A stretch of 63,572 nt of DNA, filler included. It is 5 parts of 5 records of this genome, joined end to end, with 100 filler letters (N's around TTAATTAATTAA, not from the genome) between each part and the next. Parts side by side here need not be neighbours in the genome. Positions count along the whole stretch, not along the records: positions 37,481 to 57,630 come from DRR723986_658; positions 57,731 to 63,572 come from DRR723986_659; 3 more parts are not named here. One strand, written 5' to 3'. The translations under genes and the position numbers were made by a program. The notes beneath the pieces are model-generated. The model was not told the DNA's origin and did not search any database. It was given only the letters and a program-made list of their open reading frames with translations. Each line of letters opens with the position of its first letter. Position 1 is the stretch's first letter. Positions 57,270 to 63,572 of the stretch are shown piece after piece.

Positions 57270-57527
57270 ATGGGGTCCGGCTTGAGCGAACGAGATTTGA
57301 TGATTGGGGTGTCGGCGGAATTGATCGCCGATCTTCGCCGCAAGATACGGTTTGACAGCGACGCGGATATCGCCCGGTTCCTGGGCGATGCCGTGCGGGT
57401 CTATGCGGAGCTCGGGGGCCTGGCCGCACGCGGTGGAACGCTGATCTGGCGGGCCGCGGATGGGGCCGAGCGGCGGATCCTGTTGCCAAGCATGCGGGCT
57501 GAACCTGACGACGGGGATATATCATGA
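57270..57527 (+). CDS. Small hypothetical protein
   Basis: GC-rich codon pattern, ATGA overlap with the next ORF; start uncertain (about 57270-57300). Confidence 0.5.
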   Translation: MGSGLSERDLMIGVSAELIADLRRKIRFDSDADIARFLGDAVRVYAELGGLAARGGTLIWRAADGAERRILLPSMRAEPDDGDIS

Positions 57528-57630
57528 GCTATGAATTCGTGGGCGAGGATTTGAATGACCGATCGGGCTTTTCCGTCAGTTCCGCCGGGGATGTGGATGG
57601 TGATGGCAATGACGATCTGCTGATCGGGGC
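57524..57630 (+). CDS. FG-GAP (integrin-alpha) repeat protein, N-terminal fragment
   Basis: MSYEFVGEDLNDRSGFSVSSAGDVDGDGNDDLLIG; cut by contig end. Confidence 0.8.
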
Positions 57631-57730
57631 NNNNNNNNNNNNNNNNNNNNNNNNNNNNNNNNNNNNNNNNNNNNTTAATTAATTAANNNNNNNNNNNNNN
57701 NNNNNNNNNNNNNNNNNNNNNNNNNNNNNN
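57631..57730. other. Artificial contig linker
   Basis: N-run with TTAATTAATTAA. Confidence 0.99.
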
Positions 57731-57777
57731 GATCCGGCCATGCCGCCGCCGATGATATGAATGGGTTTGATGCTCAT
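57731..57777 (-). CDS. trmFO: tRNA (uracil-54) methyltransferase TrmFO, N-terminal fragment
   Basis: MSIKPIHIIGGGMAG FAD-binding start; only 15 codons visible. Confidence 0.6.
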
Positions 57778-57855
57778 GGCCGGGACATGCGCAGGCCGAC
57801 CCGTTCCGTCAAGACGGGGTTTGCGGCTGCGGCCGGGGGCGGTAAGGCATTCTGT

Positions 57856-58674
57856 ATGGATTCAAATGCTTCCTCTCCCGCGGTATCGCCTTCGATTCCG
57901 GACCTGATCGTTCAGGCCTGGCGTCTCGCTGCGCAGGCCGCGCTGCCGAGCCTGCCATGGCTGGCCCTGCTGGCCTTGATGGGCGGTTTCTACAAATGGG
58001 CGCTCAACACAGGCGCCGGCGGCACAATGCTGACGCTGGGGGCGCTCGTTGTTCTTTTCCTGTCGGGGGTACAGGCCTCGCTGATGATTTACCGGGCGAT
58101 GATTCCGGAAGCGAAAGGGGCATTCATGGCCCTGATGCACATGAACCTCGCTGTGTACCTCGCCTTCTTCTTCATCGGCTTCTTCATATTCTTCTTCGTC
58201 GGCATCTTCGGCGTGGTGATGCTGCAGCTGTCGGGTCTGGTGGACCTCGCCGCTGAGGGGGCCGACGAGCAGATCCCCGCCGCACTGGCGGGGATGATGT
58301 CGACGCCATATGGCTGGGCGCTCTCCGCAGTCTATGCCACCGGGCTCGGCGGGCTGGCTTTTCTGGCTCTGCGTCTTCTGCTGGCAGGCGCTGCAACGGT
58401 GCAGACGGGGCGGGTCATGGTGTTTCGCACCTGGCGCTGGACCAAGGGGGATGTACTCCGGCTGGGTGCAGCAAGCCTCGCCACGCATGTGCTGCCTTTC
58501 CTGGCAGGGTATGTCGCCAATCTGCTGATCGTCGGTGCAGCGGGTCAGGGGGAGATTGCCATTTTTGCGACCGGGGTTAGCGGCTTGTTCCTGCAGGCGC
58601 CGTTCATTCTGGCGGGGCATGGTCTGGCTGTGGCCGCGCTACGGGCTGCGCATCCTCCTGCAAGCGTTGCCTAA
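57856..58674 (+). CDS. Hypothetical multi-pass membrane protein (paralogue 1)
   Basis: About six hydrophobic helices; RL.LAGAAT...GR...FRTWRWTKG motif. Confidence 0.8.
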   Translation: MDSNASSPAVSPSIPDLIVQAWRLAAQAALPSLPWLALLALMGGFYKWALNTGAGGTMLTLGALVVLFLSGVQASLMIYRAMIPEAKGAFMALMHMNLAVYLAFFFIGFFIFFFVGIFGVVMLQLSGLVDLAAEGADEQIPAALAGMMSTPYGWALSAVYATGLGGLAFLALRLLLAGAATVQTGRVMVFRTWRWTKGDVLRLGAASLATHVLPFLAGYVANLLIVGAAGQGEIAIFATGVSGLFLQAPFILAGHGLAVAALRAAHPPASVA

Positions 58675-58728
58675 GCCCCCGAAACCGGCTTAATTTCTCG
58701 CCTGAGGGGCAGAGCAGAGGGACGCAGC

Positions 58729-59703
58729 ATGGCCAGCCGGTTCACTTTCGACGGGGCGCTGATGTTCGGCTTCCGCGCGGCGCACGCGCGGACCTTTCCC
58801 TGGAAATACGCGCTTGCTTTTGCGGTCGTCAGCACAGTGCTTTCGGCCTTGTTCGCCTGGATGGTGAAGGACACGCTGTTCGGATTCATCCGTTCGGTGG
58901 AACAGCTGGATCAATCCGGGATCGACGATCCGGCGATCATCTTCAGGGCGATGTTCAACATGTTCGGCAGCCTGATCCCTGCAGCCGTCATTGCAAGCCT
59001 CGCCAGCCTCGTCGTCTGGGCCATGTTCATGACTGCCACGCAGCGCCGCTATATCCGGGATGAGGACTTCTCGATCCGTTTCGGCCCGGATGAGTTACGG
59101 ATGATGGGGGCAGGCTTCGTATGGTTTGCCGCGCTTTCGGTCGTCTACATCGTGCCGCTGCTGGTCATGTTGCCGGCGTTCGGCCTGATCACGGATTTCT
59201 ACAATGGCGACATCACCGAAGAACAAATGGCAATGTCCATGCTCAGCCGGGCTGGTATCGTCTCCGTGTTCTTTCTTGTGACGCTGCCGGTCTATGTTTT
59301 CTTTGCAACGCGATTTTCGCCAGTGTTCGCCATGACGTTCAAGGAAGGCAAGATCGCCTTTGGCGATGCCTGGATTGCATCGCGCGGCCGGTTCTGGCCG
59401 ATCCTTGGGGCTTACCTGATCATTGCGATCGTCGGCGGTATGGCTGTCGGCTTTGCTTCGACCGTTCTGGAAATGCTGGTCACGCCCGTATGGGTGAATT
59501 CACTGGGCGTTGTGGATGACGTGTCTGGCCTGGAGAGCCTGTTCACGCCTGCCGTCATCGTCGGGCTGCTCGTCTACACCTTCATCCGCTATTTCCTGTC
59601 AGGATTGCTGATGCATTTTGTGAATGGTCCGGCCGCTTTCGCCGCCCGGCATGACCCGCGTGGCAGCGTGGATGATGCGCTGAACGTTTCAGAATTCGAT
59701 TGA
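58729..59703 (+). CDS. Hypothetical multi-pass membrane protein (paralogue 2)
   Basis: QRRYIR, RFGPDELR, AWIASRGRFWPILG, GPAAFAAR.DP, terminal EFD. Confidence 0.85.
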   Translation: MASRFTFDGALMFGFRAAHARTFPWKYALAFAVVSTVLSALFAWMVKDTLFGFIRSVEQLDQSGIDDPAIIFRAMFNMFGSLIPAAVIASLASLVVWAMFMTATQRRYIRDEDFSIRFGPDELRMMGAGFVWFAALSVVYIVPLLVMLPAFGLITDFYNGDITEEQMAMSMLSRAGIVSVFFLVTLPVYVFFATRFSPVFAMTFKEGKIAFGDAWIASRGRFWPILGAYLIIAIVGGMAVGFASTVLEMLVTPVWVNSLGVVDDVSGLESLFTPAVIVGLLVYTFIRYFLSGLLMHFVNGPAAFAARHDPRGSVDDALNVSEFD

Positions 59704-59714
59704 GGTCTAAGCCT

Positions 59715-60659
59715 GTGAACCCGATCCAGTTCAATTTCGGAAACGCCGTCACCCATTTCACCAAGACGGGTGGGCCTGCGGGATTCCTTTGGAAATTCGC
59801 GCTGGTTTACGCCATCTGTGCGTGTCTGGTACAGGCCGTCTCGGTCGTCCTGCAATGGCCGGTGTATGAGACCTATGTCCAGCTGTTCACGAGTGGTGGA
59901 GATTTTGATCGCTACGCTGAAGACCTTGAAAACGTCTCCGTCGCGTCATCGCTGGGAGGGCTGCTGGTCATGCCGCTCGGTGTCCTGCTCTGGATCGTGT
60001 TCGAAGGGGCGAACCAGCGCCGCTATATGCGGGGTGAGGGATTCGGTTTGCGGATCAGTGGTGACGAAGGGCGTCTCCTGATCGTCGGCCTTATCTGGGT
60101 CGCACTGTTCATCGGCATGTATATCGGTTTAGCCATCACCATCGTTATTCCGGTCGCCGCCGGATTTGCACTGGCGCCAGACGGAGTCATTCTGGCGGTG
60201 TTGCTCGGCGCGCTGCTCATGGTCGGGTATGGCGTACTCATCCTGTGGCTTTCCGCGCGCCTGTCTGCTGCTGCGGCCCTGACAGTGAGGGACCGCCAGA
60301 TCCGCTTCTTTGAATCCTGGCGCGTCACGCGGGGCAAAGGCTGGACGATCCTTGGATCGTGGATCGTTCTGGGGCTCATCGCCTTTGTGGTGCTGATCCT
60401 GTTCTACATGCTGCTCGCGGCGCTCGGCTTTGGCCTGTTGTCGGCGCAAGTGCCCGGCCTGATGGACGGAGATGCCTCCGAAGACGACATCTTCGGAGCG
60501 ATAGCTTCCCCCATATTCTGGCTGCCGATGCTGGCGGTGGTGGTGGCTTTCACGATCGCGCAATCCACGCTGATGCACATCTTCAGCGGGCCAGCCGCGC
60601 TCGCGGCCCGCACCGATCCGGAATGGATCAGCGCGGGCATGCTCGGCGAATTTGACTAG
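59715..60659 (+). CDS. Hypothetical multi-pass membrane protein (paralogue 3)
   Basis: QRRYMR, RISGDEGR, SWRVTRGKGWTILG, GPAALAAR.DP, terminal EFD; start 59700 or 59715. Confidence 0.85.
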   Translation: MNPIQFNFGNAVTHFTKTGGPAGFLWKFALVYAICACLVQAVSVVLQWPVYETYVQLFTSGGDFDRYAEDLENVSVASSLGGLLVMPLGVLLWIVFEGANQRRYMRGEGFGLRISGDEGRLLIVGLIWVALFIGMYIGLAITIVIPVAAGFALAPDGVILAVLLGALLMVGYGVLILWLSARLSAAAALTVRDRQIRFFESWRVTRGKGWTILGSWIVLGLIAFVVLILFYMLLAALGFGLLSAQVPGLMDGDASEDDIFGAIASPIFWLPMLAVVVAFTIAQSTLMHIFSGPAALAARTDPEWISAGMLGEFD

Positions 60660-60676
60660 GCAGGGGCCATCCGCTG

Positions 60677-63571
<2,895 letters not shown>

Positions 63572-63572
63572 A

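Overview
The window is not one locus. It is five contigs joined by artificial 100-bp linkers (N44-TTAATTAATTAA-N44 at 23940-24039, 29582-29681, 37381-37480, 57631-57730), so gene adjacency across linkers means nothing. Contig 1 (1-23939) looks betaproteobacterial (Limnobacter-like by my recognition of the proteins, not verified). It carries a DUF6795-like/class-3 lipase pair, a TumE-type toxin-antitoxin pair, an acyltransferase, an HPP protein, a lipoprotein hydrolase, a PepSY-TM protein, a dabBA inorganic-carbon transporter with a divergent LysR, two TonB-dependent receptors flanking a RegB/RegA-type two-component system, a DUF1504 antiporter, NnrU, a desaturase-like gene, GntR and partial oxyR. 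Contigs 2 and 3 are Rhodobacteraceae-like housekeeping regions (dnaK-dnaJ-radC, PstS/OmpA fusion, secA; dcd, Lrp/MFS, scpBA, nagZ, SPOR, argS). Contig 4 has a sugar ABC/ThuA locus and a C-P lyase (phn) cluster lacking phnP but with accessory genes and three Pho-box sites, then an IS3 remnant and the start of an FG-GAP protein. Contig 5 (Hyphomonadaceae-like) has the start of trmFO, three tandem related membrane proteins and uvrA with a histone-like tail. The best candidate for an undescribed system is a local RegA-type regulon: matching GCG(G/A)C-N5-GTCGC boxes lie upstream of both the TonB receptor/regBA junction and the PepSY-TM/lipoprotein junction, and the two halves are separated by the dabBA-LysR cassette. 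All family assignments come from motif recognition; no database searches were run.
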